Assembly (NCBI GenBank): GCA_017418945.1
Contig: JAFOMI010000047.1
Span: 1 to 62,245, forward strand
Length of the DNA stretch: 62,245 nucleotides
From: Bacilli bacterium
GTDB lineage: Bacteria > Bacillota_I > Bacilli_A > RF39 > UBA660
Reading direction: 5' to 3'
The notes under the pieces are model-generated. The model saw nothing but the letters and a program-made list of their open reading frames with translations, was not told the DNA's origin and did not search any database. Position 1 is the stretch's first letter; the number at the start of each line of letters is the position of its first letter. The position numbers and the translations under genes were made by a program. Below, piece after piece: positions 1-10,754 of this stretch.

Positions 1-14
1 AAAATACTTCTTTT

Positions 15-1037
15 TTATTTAATAAACATTGCATCACCAAAACTAAAGAATCTATATTTATTATCTACAGCTTCTTTATAAGCATTCATTATATGTTCTT
101 TTGTTGCAAAAGCACTAACAAGCATAACAAGTGTTGATTTTGGTAAATGGAAATTAGTAATAAGAGCATCAATTGCTTTAAAAGTAAAACCTGGATAAAT
201 AAAGATATCTGTATAACCACTACATTCTTTAAATTCGTTATATAAACTCATAATTGTTTCTAAAGTTCTTGTAGTTGTTGTTCCAACTGATATAATTCTT
301 CTACCATCTTTTTTTGCTTTATTTAAAACATCTGCAGTTTCCCTACTCATACTATAAAATTCACTATGCATCTTATGTTTAGTAACATCATCTACAGATA
401 CTGGTCTAAAAGTTCCTAATCCAACATGAAGAGTTATTTCTTCTAAAATAATGCCTTTTTCTTTTATTTTATCTAATAATTCTTTAGTAAAATGAAGACC
501 TGCAGTAGGAGCAGCTGCCGAACCAACTTCTTTAGCATAAACAGTTTGATATCTATCTTTATCTTTTAATTTTTCATGTATATATGGAGGAAGTGGCATT
601 TCTCCTAATTTATCTAATATTTCATAGAATATACCATCATAAATAAATTTAAAATGTCTAATTCCATCTTCTCCAACATAAACGCACTCTGCTTTTAAAA
701 GATCTGAAAATTTAATAATAGTACCTTCCTTTACTCTTTTAGCAGGTTTACTAAGACATTCCCATGTGTTATCCCCTAAATCTTTAAGCATTAATACTTC
801 TATAACCGCATTAGTTTCTTCTTTAGTACCAATTAATCTTGCAGGTAAAACTTTAGTATTATTAACAACTAAAACATCACCTTCATTTAAATAATCAATA
901 ATATTACTAAATACTTCGTGTTTTATTTCTCCTGTTTTTTTATCTAAAACAAGCAATCTAGAATTATCTCTTTTTTCAAGAGGAGTTTGCGCGATTAACT
1001 CTTCTGGTAAATAATAATCAAAATCATCTGTTCTCAT
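15..1037 (-). CDS. queA: S-adenosylmethionine:tRNA ribosyltransferase-isomerase
   Basis: [12 protein letters not shown] start, [22 protein letters not shown] and [10 protein letters not shown] motifs. Start moved to ATG 1037 behind an AAGAAGG SD. Confidence 0.97.
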   Translation of the reverse strand: MRTDDFDYYLPEELIAQTPLEKRDNSRLLVLDKKTGEIKHEVFSNIIDYLNEGDVLVVNNTKVLPARLIGTKEETNAVIEVLMLKDLGDNTWECLSKPAKRVKEGTIIKFSDLLKAECVYVGEDGIRHFKFIYDGIFYEILDKLGEMPLPPYIHEKLKDKDRYQTVYAKEVGSAAAPTAGLHFTKELLDKIKEKGIILEEITLHVGLGTFRPVSVDDVTKHKMHSEFYSMSRETADVLNKAKKDGRRIISVGTTTTRTLETIMSLYNEFKECSGYTDIFIYPGFTFKAIDALITNFHLPKSTLVMLVSAFATKEHIMNAYKEAVDNKYRFFSFGDAMFIK

Positions 1038-1107
1038 AACATACCTTCTTTTTTTCAAACTAAAATGTATTATACCACAAAAAATGAGAAATACTTTATA
1101 TTTCTCA

Positions 1108-2106
1108 TTAAAAATTATTCATTATTTCTATTCCTAAATGTTTATAAGCTTTTTCTGTAACTATTCTACCTCTGTTTGTTCTTTTTAAATAACCATTTTG
1201 AAGTAAATATGGTTCATAAACATCTTCTATAGTTGCTTTTTCTTCACCAATTGATGATGCTAATGCATCAATACCAACTGGTCCTCCATTAAACTTATAA
1301 ATAATTGCCTCTAATAATTTATGATCTGTTTCATCAAGTCCATCTGAATCAACTTTTAGTCTATCTAAACTTGAATTTGTAATATCTAAATCTATTACAC
1401 CACTACCATTTACTAAAGCAAAATCTCTTACTCTTTTTAATAATCTATTAGCAATTCTTGGAGTTCCTCTACTTCTTTTAGCTAAAGCAACAGCAGCTTC
1501 TTCTTCAATTTCTATATCAAATACTTTACTTGTTCTTTTAATTATAGTAGTTAAATCTTCAATTGAATAATAATCTAAATGAGAAATAATTCCAAATCTA
1601 TCTCTTAAAGGTGAACTTAAATCACCCGCTCTTGTTGTTGCACCTACTAATGTAAAAGGAGGTAAATCTATCTTAATACTTCTACTAGATCCTTCACCAC
1701 CAATTATTATATCTAATGTAAAATCTTCCATAGCTGGATATAATATTTCTTCAATAAATCTAGGCATACGATGTATTTCATCAATAAATAAAACATCGCC
1801 TTCCTCAAGGGAAGATAAAATTGCAGCTAAATCACCAGATTTTTCTATTGTAGGACCAGATGCAGTTTTAATATTAACACCAAGTTCATTTGCTATTATA
1901 TATGCTAAAGTTGTTTTACCAAGTCCAGGAGGACCATATAACAAAGTATGATCTAATGATTCATTTCTCATTTTTGCTGCTTCTATAAATACTTTTAAAT
2001 TTTCTTTGACATCTTTTTGACCAATATATTCATCTAATAATTGAGGTCTTAATTTTTCTTCAAATTCTAAAGCTTCATCTTCTTTTCTTATAATGCTATC
2101 TTCCAT
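1108..2106 (-). CDS. ruvB: Holliday junction branch migration helicase RuvB
   Basis: [31 protein letters not shown] and [12 protein letters not shown] motifs. Confidence 0.98.
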   Translation of the reverse strand: MEDSIIRKEDEALEFEEKLRPQLLDEYIGQKDVKENLKVFIEAAKMRNESLDHTLLYGPPGLGKTTLAYIIANELGVNIKTASGPTIEKSGDLAAILSSLEEGDVLFIDEIHRMPRFIEEILYPAMEDFTLDIIIGGEGSSRSIKIDLPPFTLVGATTRAGDLSSPLRDRFGIISHLDYYSIEDLTTIIKRTSKVFDIEIEEEAAVALAKRSRGTPRIANRLLKRVRDFALVNGSGVIDLDITNSSLDRLKVDSDGLDETDHKLLEAIIYKFNGGPVGIDALASSIGEEKATIEDVYEPYLLQNGYLKRTNRGRIVTEKAYKHLGIEIMNNF

Positions 2107-2116
2107 AATAACCTCC

Positions 2117-2728
2117 TTACTTTAGAATATCTTTTATATTATCAAAATCTATTTTTCTAACTTTTTTTAAATAACATTCTTTACATAAAGGAACATATTC
2201 AATATTCTTTTTAGAACCATCAATAATAATTTCTGGTCCATCCATTTTAAATATTCCATCTTCTTTTCTACCTACATATCTAGCAACTTTTCTACATTCA
2301 CATAAAGTTACAAGTTCGTCGATAGAATCAGCTACTTCAAGTAGCCTTTTACTGCCTTCAAATAATAAACCTCTAAAATTAACTCTTAGACCATAACAAA
2401 TAACATCTATATTCATTACACACGATATTATAGAAAGATCATCTATCTGCTTTTTACTTAAAAACTGTGCCTCATCTACTAATATAGCATCAACATCAGT
2501 TAATTTTCCTTTTAAGATATCAAACAATTCATCATCATAATATACTAAATAATCTACTTTTCTAGATAAACCTAATCTAGAAACAATATTCTCGTCACCC
2601 TTAGTATCTATTTTAGGTTTTATTATAATTACCTTTCCATTATTTTCTTCATAATTATATGCTGTTCTTAATAAATCAACAGTCTTACCAGAATTCATAG
2701 TTGCATATTTAAATGATAATTTAGCCAT
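2117..2728 (-). CDS. tdk: thymidine kinase (type II)
   Basis: [17 protein letters not shown]-loop, VDEAQFL, YGLR, and Zn-site cysteines (CEC...CKEC). Confidence 0.93.
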   Translation of the reverse strand: MAKLSFKYATMNSGKTVDLLRTAYNYEENNGKVIIIKPKIDTKGDENIVSRLGLSRKVDYLVYYDDELFDILKGKLTDVDAILVDEAQFLSKKQIDDLSIISCVMNIDVICYGLRVNFRGLLFEGSKRLLEVADSIDELVTLCECRKVARYVGRKEDGIFKMDGPEIIIDGSKKNIEYVPLCKECYLKKVRKIDFDNIKDILK

Positions 2729-2737
2729 ATATACCTC

Positions 2738-3286
2738 CTATTTTAATAATAACTTTAAAGCTTCTTTAATTCTTTTTTCAATTGGTAAACTAGAATCAAT
2801 TTTAGAAACAACTTTATTTATATCTACATTTTTATATCCTAATGCTAGTAATGCTTCTTTTAATTCATCATCTTTAATAACAGTTTCATTAGGTTTAGAA
2901 ATTAATTTTCCTTTTAAATCTAATATTATTTGTCTTGCTACTTTATCTCCTATTTTAGGAAATTTCTTTAAATATAAAATGTTCTCAGTCTCAATTGCAT
3001 TAATAATATCATCTAAAGAACTAGATAATAATACTAAAGCCATTTTAGGACCTAATCCTTTAACATTTATTAATTTTAAAAAGAAATCTCTTTCATCAAT
3101 ACTTTTAAATCCATATAAAGTATTTTCATCTTCTTTTATATGTTGATATAAAAATATCTTATATTCTTCATCTTCTTTAAAAGAATATGGATTTGATACA
3201 TATACTTTATATCCTATATTACTATTTTCTAATGCTATAAAACCTGGATTAATATAAGTAATTTTTCCAATTATATATTCGTACAT
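2738..3286 (-). CDS. ruvA: Holliday junction DNA-binding protein RuvA
   Basis: MYEYIIG, LYGF, VKGLGPKMAL HhH and EALLALGY C-terminal domain. GGAGG SD before ATG 3286. Confidence 0.96.
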   Translation of the reverse strand: MYEYIIGKITYINPGFIALENSNIGYKVYVSNPYSFKEDEEYKIFLYQHIKEDENTLYGFKSIDERDFFLKLINVKGLGPKMALVLLSSSLDDIINAIETENILYLKKFPKIGDKVARQIILDLKGKLISKPNETVIKDDELKEALLALGYKNVDINKVVSKIDSSLPIEKRIKEALKLLLK

Positions 3287-3369
3287 ATTAACCTCCACTA
3301 TAATTCTATAAAAATTATACCAAACAAATGTTCTTTTTACAAGATATAAAAAAGCAGAAAATAATATTT

Positions 3370-3600
3370 CTACTTTTTTATATTTATATTTCCACTATTT
3401 TTTATGCAAGTTCCACTTCCAGGAGTTTTACCTACTATATATTGCTCATCAATTGCAGTACAGCTTTTCTTAGTAATATAATCTGATAAATAACCTCCAA
3501 ATTTACCAACTATAAAAAAGAATAAAACTGCGAATATTGTTATAAAAACTACGTCTTTTAGAAGCTGATTAATATCACTTTTAATTAATTTATCTTGCAT
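3370..3600 (-). CDS. small single-pass membrane protein with a Cys pair
   Basis: 76 aa, AAAGGG SD, hydrophobic stretch VVFITIFAVLFFFIVG, and two downstream Cys. Confidence 0.65.
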   Translation of the reverse strand: MQDKLIKSDINQLLKDVVFITIFAVLFFFIVGKFGGYLSDYITKKSCTAIDEQYIVGKTPGSGTCIKNSGNINIKK

Positions 3601-3656
3601 AACATCAATCCCTTTATTATTATTAAGTATACATTTTTTTTAATTAAAAATCAATA

Positions 3657-4925
3657 TTATTCAGTATATTCAAATTCAAAATCTAGTATTTTTACTAAAT
3701 CTCCTTCTTGTGCTCCCATCTTTTGTAATTCTTCATCAACACCCATTCTTCTTAACTTATTAGAAAATCTTCTAATACCTTCATCTGTAAATTTAGTCAT
3801 TTTAAAAAGTTTTTCAATACTATCACTATGTACTACAAATACATCATTTACTTTTTCAATAACAAATGGTTTTTCTTCTTTAAATTTATATAAAACATGG
3901 CTTTCTAGATTATCTTCTTCATAAATATCTACATCGTCCATCTTTTCAATTTTATCCATTAACGCTACTAATAATTTATCAATTCCTTCATTATTAATTG
4001 CACTAATTTCAAACACTTCTTTATCAACCTTTTCCTTAAATTCTTCTAAATTTTCTTTAGAAGAAGGCATATCCATTTTATTTGCTACTATAATTTCTTC
4101 TTTATTAGCAAGTTTATCACTATATTTTTTTAATTCTTCTCTTATAGTAACATAATCATCATATGGATTTCTTCCTTCTATTCCTGACATATCAATAATA
4201 TGTGCAATTATCTTAGTTCTTTCAATATGTTTTAAGAACTTATCACCAAGACCAAGTCCATCTGCTGCTCCTTCAATTAATCCAGGTAAATCTGCAGCAA
4301 CAAAAGATCTACCATCAATTGTTTTAACAACTCCTAAATTAGGATTAATAGTTGTAAAATGATATGCTCCAATCTTTGGTTTGGCAGCACTTATTTTAGA
4401 TAATAAAGTAGATTTACCAACAGAAGGAAGTCCAACAAATCCAACATCGGCTAAAGACTTTAATTCAACTCTTAAATTTCTTTCCTCTCCAGGTTCTCCA
4501 TTTTCAGAAAAATTTGGGGCAGTATTTGAATGAGTTTTAAAGGCAACATTACCTCTTCCACCTCTTCCACCTTTTGCTACAATAACAGAATCATCTTTTC
4601 TAGTTAAATCAGCTAAAACTAAATTAGTATCATTATCAAATACAGTTGTTCCAAGAGGAACTTTAATAACTATATCTTCAGCATTTTTTCCGTTCTTATT
4701 AGAACCTTCTCCATTAGCTCCCTTTTTACCTTTAATTTCTTTTTGAAATTTTAAATCTAGTAATGTTCTAAGTCCTTCATCTACTTTAAATATAATTGAA
4801 GAACCCTTTCCTCCATTACCACCATTTGGTCCACCATTTGGAACATATTTTTCTCTTCTAAAACTAGTACAGCCATCTCCACCGTTACCAGCTAATACTT
4901 TTATAACAACTTCATCTACAAACAT
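3657..4925 (-). CDS. obgE: GTPase Obg/CgtA
   Basis: MFVDEV..GNGGDG glycine-rich Obg fold, GLPSVGKST, DLPGLIEGA, NKMD and C-terminal OCT domain. Confidence 0.98.
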   Translation of the reverse strand: MFVDEVVIKVLAGNGGDGCTSFRREKYVPNGGPNGGNGGKGSSIIFKVDEGLRTLLDLKFQKEIKGKKGANGEGSNKNGKNAEDIVIKVPLGTTVFDNDTNLVLADLTRKDDSVIVAKGGRGGRGNVAFKTHSNTAPNFSENGEPGEERNLRVELKSLADVGFVGLPSVGKSTLLSKISAAKPKIGAYHFTTINPNLGVVKTIDGRSFVAADLPGLIEGAADGLGLGDKFLKHIERTKIIAHIIDMSGIEGRNPYDDYVTIREELKKYSDKLANKEEIIVANKMDMPSSKENLEEFKEKVDKEVFEISAINNEGIDKLLVALMDKIEKMDDVDIYEEDNLESHVLYKFKEEKPFVIEKVNDVFVVHSDSIEKLFKMTKFTDEGIRRFSNKLRRMGVDEELQKMGAQEGDLVKILDFEFEYTE

Positions 4926-4936
4926 AAATTCACCCC

Positions 4937-5572
4937 TTATTTAAATGATGCATCTATATAATAAATTGGTCTTTTTTCTTTATAATATTCTCTTTCAAAA
5001 TCTGTCATAATATTTTCGATTTTTCTTTCATCCTTATGTAAATCTAAACTAACTTTATTAAAAGTATACCAATAATTACTTAAACTTTCTAAACTTGATT
5101 GAAATAGGATTTTATTATCTGTTTTAAGAATAATATGTTTATTTTTCTTAAAGATTCTATCATATATTCTTAAATAAGATTCATGTGTAAATCTTTTTCT
5201 TTCATCTTGTTTCTTTGGCCATGGTTCTGAAAATGTTAAATAAATAGTATTTATTTCTTTTCCAAAATAATTACTTATTTCTTTAGCATCGCTATATATA
5301 AATTTTAAATTATCTATTTTTCTTGAACCAATATTCTTAATAGCAGTTGCAATTTGATTCTTATCTAATTCTAAACCAATATAATTAACTGTTGGATGTG
5401 CTAATGCCATTTGTATAATAAATGAACCTCTACCCATACCTAGTTCTAACATTATTGGATTATTATTAGAAAATAATTCATTCCATTTACCCTTATAATT
5501 TTCAGGATTCTTTACTATATAAGAACTACTACTAATTGTACTACTTGCGTCTTTAACAACATTATATCTCAT
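4937..5572 (-). CDS. trmB: tRNA (guanine-N7)-methyltransferase family protein with divergent catalytic motif
   Basis: KGKW..LF.NNNPI, ELGMGRG, FSEPWPKK (canonical F.DPWPK), KTDN and MTDFE motifs. GAGGTG SD before ATG 5572. Confidence 0.8.
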   Translation of the reverse strand: MRYNVVKDASSTISSSSYIVKNPENYKGKWNELFSNNNPIMLELGMGRGSFIIQMALAHPTVNYIGLELDKNQIATAIKNIGSRKIDNLKFIYSDAKEISNYFGKEINTIYLTFSEPWPKKQDERKRFTHESYLRIYDRIFKKNKHIILKTDNKILFQSSLESLSNYWYTFNKVSLDLHKDERKIENIMTDFEREYYKEKRPIYYIDASFK

Positions 5573-5634
5573 AAAACACCTCTTAAATATCATACCATAT
5601 AATTAAAAAATATCATCAATATGATGATATTTTA

Positions 5635-5919
5635 TTATGCTTCATATACACTAGCTTGTTTTTTATCTTTACCTTTTCTTTCAAACTTAACAACACCATC
5701 AATTTTTGCGAATAAAGTATGATCAGTTCCCATACCAACATTATTACCAGCAAAAATCTTTGTTCCTCTTTGACGATAAATAATAGAACCAGCTGTAACA
5801 AATTCACCATCTGAAACTTTAGCACCTAATCTTCTACCAGCAGAATCTCTTCCGTTATGTGTAGAACCTTGAGCCTTAACGTGTGCGAATTTTTGTATAT
5901 CTAAAATCATTCTAAACAT
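5635..5919 (-). CDS. rpmA: 50S ribosomal protein L27 with N-terminal Prp-cleaved extension
   Basis: LDIQKF/AH cleavage motif, [18 protein letters not shown]. Confidence 0.97.
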   Translation of the reverse strand: MFRMILDIQKFAHVKAQGSTHNGRDSAGRRLGAKVSDGEFVTAGSIIYRQRGTKIFAGNNVGMGTDHTLFAKIDGVVKFERKGKDKKQASVYEA

Positions 5920-5924
5920 GAGAC

Positions 5925-6221
5925 TTACCTCCTTATTATTTTTATATATTCTTTGTAATCTTTTTCTAAACTTTCTAAAAGAAGAATCATATTATTAATT
6001 AACTTATTAACTATTTCATCATCTTTTATAACTCTTATAATAATCTTATTATCTAAGTCACTATAATCAATTGCATCATTATCAATTTCAATAATTGCAT
6101 TTATTGTAGTTATAACTATTGAACTAACAGACGCACAAACTATATCTTTTCCTCTTTCATCATATCCAGAGTGTCCAGATACAGTAATAACTTTTTCTTT
6201 ACTTAAATCTACCTTAATCAT
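5925..6221 (-). CDS. prp: ribosomal-processing cysteine protease Prp (YsxB)
   Basis: SGHSG and DIVCASVS catalytic His/Cys. Located between rplU and rpmA. Confidence 0.93.
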   Translation of the reverse strand: MIKVDLSKEKVITVSGHSGYDERGKDIVCASVSSIVITTINAIIEIDNDAIDYSDLDNKIIIRVIKDDEIVNKLINNMILLLESLEKDYKEYIKIIRR

Positions 6222-6229
6222 ATAACTCC

Positions 6230-6526
6230 TTATTTAATAGAAGTAATTTTAACTCTAGTATAAGGTTGTCTATGTCCTTGAGTTTTGTGGTAGTTAGTTT
6301 TTTGTCTATATTTAAAAATTCTAATTTTTCTTTGTTTACCTTGTTTAACAATTTCACCAGTAACTTTAGCTCCATCAACATATGGATGACCAATAGTTTC
6401 TCCAAGCATTAAAACTTTATCAAAAGAAACTTTATCATTTTCTTTTCCTTCAATCTTTTCAATAAAGATTTCTTCACCAACAGTTACAGTATATTGTTTA
6501 CCACCAGTTTCAATAATAGCTTTCAT
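6230..6526 (-). CDS. rplU: 50S ribosomal protein L21
   Basis: AIIETGGKQY and QGHRQPYT motifs. Confidence 0.98.
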   Translation of the reverse strand: MKAIIETGGKQYTVTVGEEIFIEKIEGKENDKVSFDKVLMLGETIGHPYVDGAKVTGEIVKQGKQRKIRIFKYRQKTNYHKTQGHRQPYTRVKITSIK

Positions 6527-6544
6527 ACTTTTACCTCCTTCATA

Positions 6545-6620
6545 ATTAACTTAAGACTCGCCTATTAAAGGTACTTATATAAGTTTTTAAACCTTTTTCG
6601 TGCGGTTGTAAGGCCAAGAG
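6545..6620 (-). promoter_or_regulatory. L21 ribosomal protein leader RNA
   Basis: Minus strand reads ACAACCGCAC-gaaaaAGGT...ACCTttaat-AGGCGAGTCTT directly upstream of rplU, matching the Firmicute L21_leader pattern. Confidence 0.75.
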
Positions 6621-6640
6621 GCATTACAAACATATTAATT

Positions 6641-7669
6641 TTAGCATTTTTCATTCTTTGTGTCAACGTTTTTTAATGAAAGTGACTTATTCTTTAAATA
6701 AAAAATATTATAAAGTTCTATATTAATAAATTCTTTTACCATTTGTAATTCATTTGATGATAATTTAATATTATTATTAGTTTTTTCATCTAGTAAAAGA
6801 TTAAATTCTTTTTCTAAATTATGTTTAATTATTGCTTCTTTTTTAATTTTTTTAACTTCATCATTATAATAAATGTCATTAAATTCTAAGAACTTTTTAA
6901 GTTTGTTTTCAAATTCTACTACTAATTTATCGACTTCTTTAACATTATATCTATCATAATATGATTTCATTCTTTCTATATCGCTTTTAATATTATTTAA
7001 TAACTTTATATTATTATAAGCATATTCTCCTAATTCTTTATCAAAAATATTAATATACTTAATTAAATATTTATCTATATTACTAGAATCAATCTCTTCT
7101 TTTAATTTAAATATAGTATGTATATAATCATTAAAGAAATCATATCTAAATATTTTTGAAATCATATATTTAGCAACAAAAAATCTTATATCATCATCTT
7201 CATATTTATCTTTTATATATTTAAAACCAAGACCACTTTGATTTTTTTCATCTTCACTTGCATTATATAAATGGCAATTGATATTAACTTTAATTTTATC
7301 CATCGCATATAAAAATCTACATACAAATCTCATATAATTTGTATAATGAACTTCATCTTCATTTTCTTGTAACAGTCTATTTGCAACACTCATAAGTTTT
7401 AAATATTCATAATTAAACCCGTTATTTTTATTAACATAATAATTAATTACATCAAAAACAAAATTAATATCTTCCCTAAATTCTTCTGTAATAAACAAAA
7501 CAAAATCATAATTTGATTTCAAGCGTTCTGAACTTAAAGAATAAAATCTTTTATCCTTCGTATTTTTAATTACTTCTTTCATAAAAGAAGCATCATCTGT
7601 TAAACCTTTAATAACTTTTTCGCTATTAATTTTATTATTAATAAATCTATCAATATTTTCAATTTTCAT
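6641..7669 (-). CDS. hypothetical helical protein with a DUF4116-like motif near the N-terminus
   Basis: Long ORF. Likely start ATG 7669 after an AAGGAAG SD. SSERLKSNYDFVL resembles DUF4116 repeats (weak). Confidence 0.75.
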   Translation of the reverse strand: MKIENIDRFINNKINSEKVIKGLTDDASFMKEVIKNTKDKRFYSLSSERLKSNYDFVLFITEEFREDINFVFDVINYYVNKNNGFNYEYLKLMSVANRLLQENEDEVHYTNYMRFVCRFLYAMDKIKVNINCHLYNASEDEKNQSGLGFKYIKDKYEDDDIRFFVAKYMISKIFRYDFFNDYIHTIFKLKEEIDSSNIDKYLIKYINIFDKELGEYAYNNIKLLNNIKSDIERMKSYYDRYNVKEVDKLVVEFENKLKKFLEFNDIYYNDEVKKIKKEAIIKHNLEKEFNLLLDEKTNNNIKLSSNELQMVKEFINIELYNIFYLKNKSLSLKNVDTKNEKC

Positions 7670-7729
7670 AAGATCTTCCTTTTCTTCAAATTTATCAAAA
7701 CATATATTAAAAGTCAAGAAAAAAAGAAG

Positions 7730-8707
7730 CTATTCTGCTTCTTTTAACATAGTTGTTATAAATATGCCATAACCTCTTGTTGGATCATTAACAACAACAT
7801 GAGTTACCGCACCTATTATTTTATTATCTTGAACAATTGGAGAACCACTCATTCCTTGTATAATTCCTCCTGTTTTTTCAAGTAATTCTTTATCAGTTAT
7901 AGTAAATAAAATATTTTTTAATTTATCATTGTAACTAATACTATCAATATTTATGGAATATTCTTTTATTTCATCTTTGTCTATAACAGTATAAATACTA
8001 GCTTTTCCAAGTTTTATTTCATCACTTTCTTTAATATCTAGAATTCTATTAGAATCATATGACTTATCATATGAACCAAAAATACCTTTATTAGTATTTC
8101 CTGTTATTATTCCATATTTATTTTCTATATTTGACTCACCATATTTTTCTCCAGGATTTCCATCACTAGATTTATTAATGCCTGTAATATAAGAAGAATA
8201 TATTGAACCATCATCTATTTGTAATACATTATTAGTAGAACTATCTAAAACAGCATGTCCTAATGCAAAAAACTTGTTATTTGAAGGATCTATTGCAGTT
8301 AAAGTACCAATACCACTAACAGAATCTTTAACATATAATCCTGTTTTTATTTCATCATTATCTTTATATAATTTTATATTAGTTTTATTAATACTATTTC
8401 CTCTTCTATATTCTACTAAAACTTCATCATTATTTTTATTTTTATTTATTTCTCTACTAAATTCCTCTATATTCTTAATTTCAATATCATTTATTTTAGT
8501 AATATAATCACCCTTAGTAATACCAGAAGACTCATTTATTAAAGTATTATTTACCTTATATAATCCTATTACAAGTACTCCTTTTGTTTTAACTTCAATA
8601 CCTATATTTTCTCCCCCAACATATAATCTATTAGAATACGCAAATACTTCACAAAAAGGTATAATTATAGAAAGAAAAAATGTTAATAGCATTCTTTTAG
8701 TTTTCAT
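7730..8707 (-). CDS. spoIVB: SpoIVB serine peptidase (S55) with PDZ domain
   Basis: GGENIGI, GIGTLT, FFALGH, LLEKTGGIIQGMSGSPIVQ and GAVTHV..NDPTRGYGIFI. Confidence 0.95.
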   Translation of the reverse strand: MKTKRMLLTFFLSIIIPFCEVFAYSNRLYVGGENIGIEVKTKGVLVIGLYKVNNTLINESSGITKGDYITKINDIEIKNIEEFSREINKNKNNDEVLVEYRRGNSINKTNIKLYKDNDEIKTGLYVKDSVSGIGTLTAIDPSNNKFFALGHAVLDSSTNNVLQIDDGSIYSSYITGINKSSDGNPGEKYGESNIENKYGIITGNTNKGIFGSYDKSYDSNRILDIKESDEIKLGKASIYTVIDKDEIKEYSINIDSISYNDKLKNILFTITDKELLEKTGGIIQGMSGSPIVQDNKIIGAVTHVVVNDPTRGYGIFITTMLKEAE

Positions 8708-8726
8708 ATTATCATCCTTTCATTTA

Positions 8727-8755
8727 TAGTATGTACAAAATATAAAAATATAAAC
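8727..8755 (-). promoter_or_regulatory. putative sigmaF/sigmaG-type promoter of spoIVB
   Basis: GTTTA-17 nt-CATACTA on the minus strand. The match fits known forespore control of spoIVB, but the DNA is AT-rich. Confidence 0.5.
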
Positions 8756-8778
8756 AAAAAAATACCATTACTGGTATT

Positions 8779-9009
8779 TTATTCTTTTACTTCCATTTCT
8801 TTAAAATCTTCTAATTCATTATTTTCATTTAAAATTTTATTAACTGCTTTTGTTGCATTATCTAACTTTAAAGAACATTCTTTTGCAATCTTCATAGCTT
8901 CTGTATATTTATTAATTGCATCATCAAGATCTACATTTCCTTCTTCTAATTCTTTTACTATATTTTCAAGACTTTCTAATTTTTCTTCAAATTTCATTTC
9001 TTTACTCAT
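8779..9009 (-). CDS. xseB: exodeoxyribonuclease VII small subunit
   Basis: FEEKLESLENIVKELEEG.VDLDDAI motif. Follows xseA. Confidence 0.95.
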   Translation of the reverse strand: MSKEMKFEEKLESLENIVKELEEGNVDLDDAINKYTEAMKIAKECSLKLDNATKAVNKILNENNELEDFKEMEVKE

Positions 9010-10279
9010 TTATATTCTCCTTTATACCTATTATTTTTGCATCAATATTTCCATTATCTAAAGAGATATTAATATTATCATCTACTTTAACATCTTTAAT
9101 ATCTTTAATTACTTTATCATTAAATTTTGTAATTGAATAACCTCTTTTTAAAGTATTTAATGGATTTAAAACCTCTAATTTCTCTATTAAATGATTATAT
9201 CTATTTTGTTTATTTTCATATATCTTAGTAGGATTTGTTAATATATAACTACTTAATATATTATCTAATCTTAATTTTTTATTATCCATGTAATTACTAA
9301 TATAATTATTTAATTTATCCATTATATTAGATAATTTTTGTTCTTTTATTTCATAAATACTCATTGGATTTTTAAGTATATAACTAGTTTTAATCTTTTC
9401 TAAAACAGTTTTGTTATAATTAATAATATTATTAATATTCTTGCTTGATCTTAATTCTAATTGCTTAATTATTTTCTTTAATTCTCCTTTATCTGGAACC
9501 GCAATTTCAGCCGCTCCTGTTGGAGTAGCCGCTCTTACATCAGAAACAAAATCCGCAATTGTAAAATCAACTTCATGACCAACAGCACTTATTACTGGAG
9601 TTTTACATTCATAAATAGCTCTAGCAACTATTTCTTCATTAAATGCCCATAAATCTTCAATTGATCCTCCACCACGTCCTACTATTAAAGTATCAAGATT
9701 ATAAGTATCAGCAAGTTTAATATTTTTAACTATATCATCTTTAGCTTCTTTTCCTTGAACTAAAGATGGAAATAATATTACTTCACATAAAGGATATCTT
9801 CTATTAATAGTAGAAATAATATCTCTAATAGCCGCTCCTGTTGGTGCTGTTACTACACCTACTCTTGATGGAATTAAAGGTATTTTTTTCTTATGAGATT
9901 CATCAAACAATCCTTCTTTTTTTAAGTCTTGTTTAAGTTTTTCATATAAAGCATATAAATTACCAACACCATCTTCCATCATTTCAGAAACATATATTTG
10001 ATAATTACCGGTTTGTTCAAAAACACTTATTCTACCTTTAACTAAAACTTTAGTACCATCCATAGGTTCAAAATTAACATTTTTAGTTTGTGAAGAAAAC
10101 ATAATGGCATTAATTCTACTTTCTTCATCTTTAATAGTAAAATAAAAATGTCCTCTAGAATGTCTTTTAAAATTTGATATTTCACCTTTAATATATACTT
10201 CTTGAAGATTTACATCATTATCTATTTTATATTTAATATAACGAGTTAAAGCTCCTACAGAAATATAATTATTATTCAT
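9002..10279 (-). CDS. xseA: exodeoxyribonuclease VII large subunit
   Basis: GEISNF, GH.YFTIKD, GRGGGSIEDLWAFN, SAVGHE.D and TPTGAAE motifs. Confidence 0.97.
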   Translation of the reverse strand: MNNNYISVGALTRYIKYKIDNDVNLQEVYIKGEISNFKRHSRGHFYFTIKDEESRINAIMFSSQTKNVNFEPMDGTKVLVKGRISVFEQTGNYQIYVSEMMEDGVGNLYALYEKLKQDLKKEGLFDESHKKKIPLIPSRVGVVTAPTGAAIRDIISTINRRYPLCEVILFPSLVQGKEAKDDIVKNIKLADTYNLDTLIVGRGGGSIEDLWAFNEEIVARAIYECKTPVISAVGHEVDFTIADFVSDVRAATPTGAAEIAVPDKGELKKIIKQLELRSSKNINNIINYNKTVLEKIKTSYILKNPMSIYEIKEQKLSNIMDKLNNYISNYMDNKKLRLDNILSSYILTNPTKIYENKQNRYNHLIEKLEVLNPLNTLKRGYSITKFNDKVIKDIKDVKVDDNINISLDNGNIDAKIIGIKENINE

Positions 10280-10676
10280 CTTTATTATCTCCATGATAAA
10301 TCTTATCAAGTACAGCATTAATCATATTTTTTACTTTATCATCTGAGTATTCTTTAGCAAGTTCAACAGCTTCATTAATTGCTACTACTTCAGGAGTGTC
10401 AGTATATACTAATTCATAAATACCCATTCTTAAAATAGCTTGATCAATCTTACCTAATCTATCAATTGTCCATTCTTTTAAATTTTTATTTGCTATCTTA
10501 TCAATATCATTTTTATTTTCTAATACACCATTAACAATTTCATTAACAAATTCATTTTCTATTTCAACACTTTCTTTAATAACATCTGAAACATTATAAT
10601 TTATCTTAGATGCATCATATAAAAATATTTGATATAAGATAGTCATAATCTTTTTTCTTAATTCAGTTCTATTCAT
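10272..10676 (-). CDS. nusB: transcription antitermination factor NusB
   Basis: W..DRL..ID.AILR, VAINEAVELAK and INAVLD motifs. Confidence 0.96.
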   Translation of the reverse strand: MNRTELRKKIMTILYQIFLYDASKINYNVSDVIKESVEIENEFVNEIVNGVLENKNDIDKIANKNLKEWTIDRLGKIDQAILRMGIYELVYTDTPEVVAINEAVELAKEYSDDKVKNMINAVLDKIYHGDNKDE

Positions 10677-10754
10677 AAAAATCACCTACAAGAATTATAA
10701 CAAAAAAATAAAAAAAATACTACAAAAAGTAGTATTTATTTTTAATATAATTTT

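Noticed and set aside
3595-3924. + strand 109 aa ORF
   Set aside because: Antisense shadow of obg, with no SD and an S/F/L-rich composition typical of reverse frames.
5616-6405. Alternative-frame ORFs 5616..5825 and 6214..6405
   Set aside because: They overlap rpmA and rplU out of frame, with no SD or motif.
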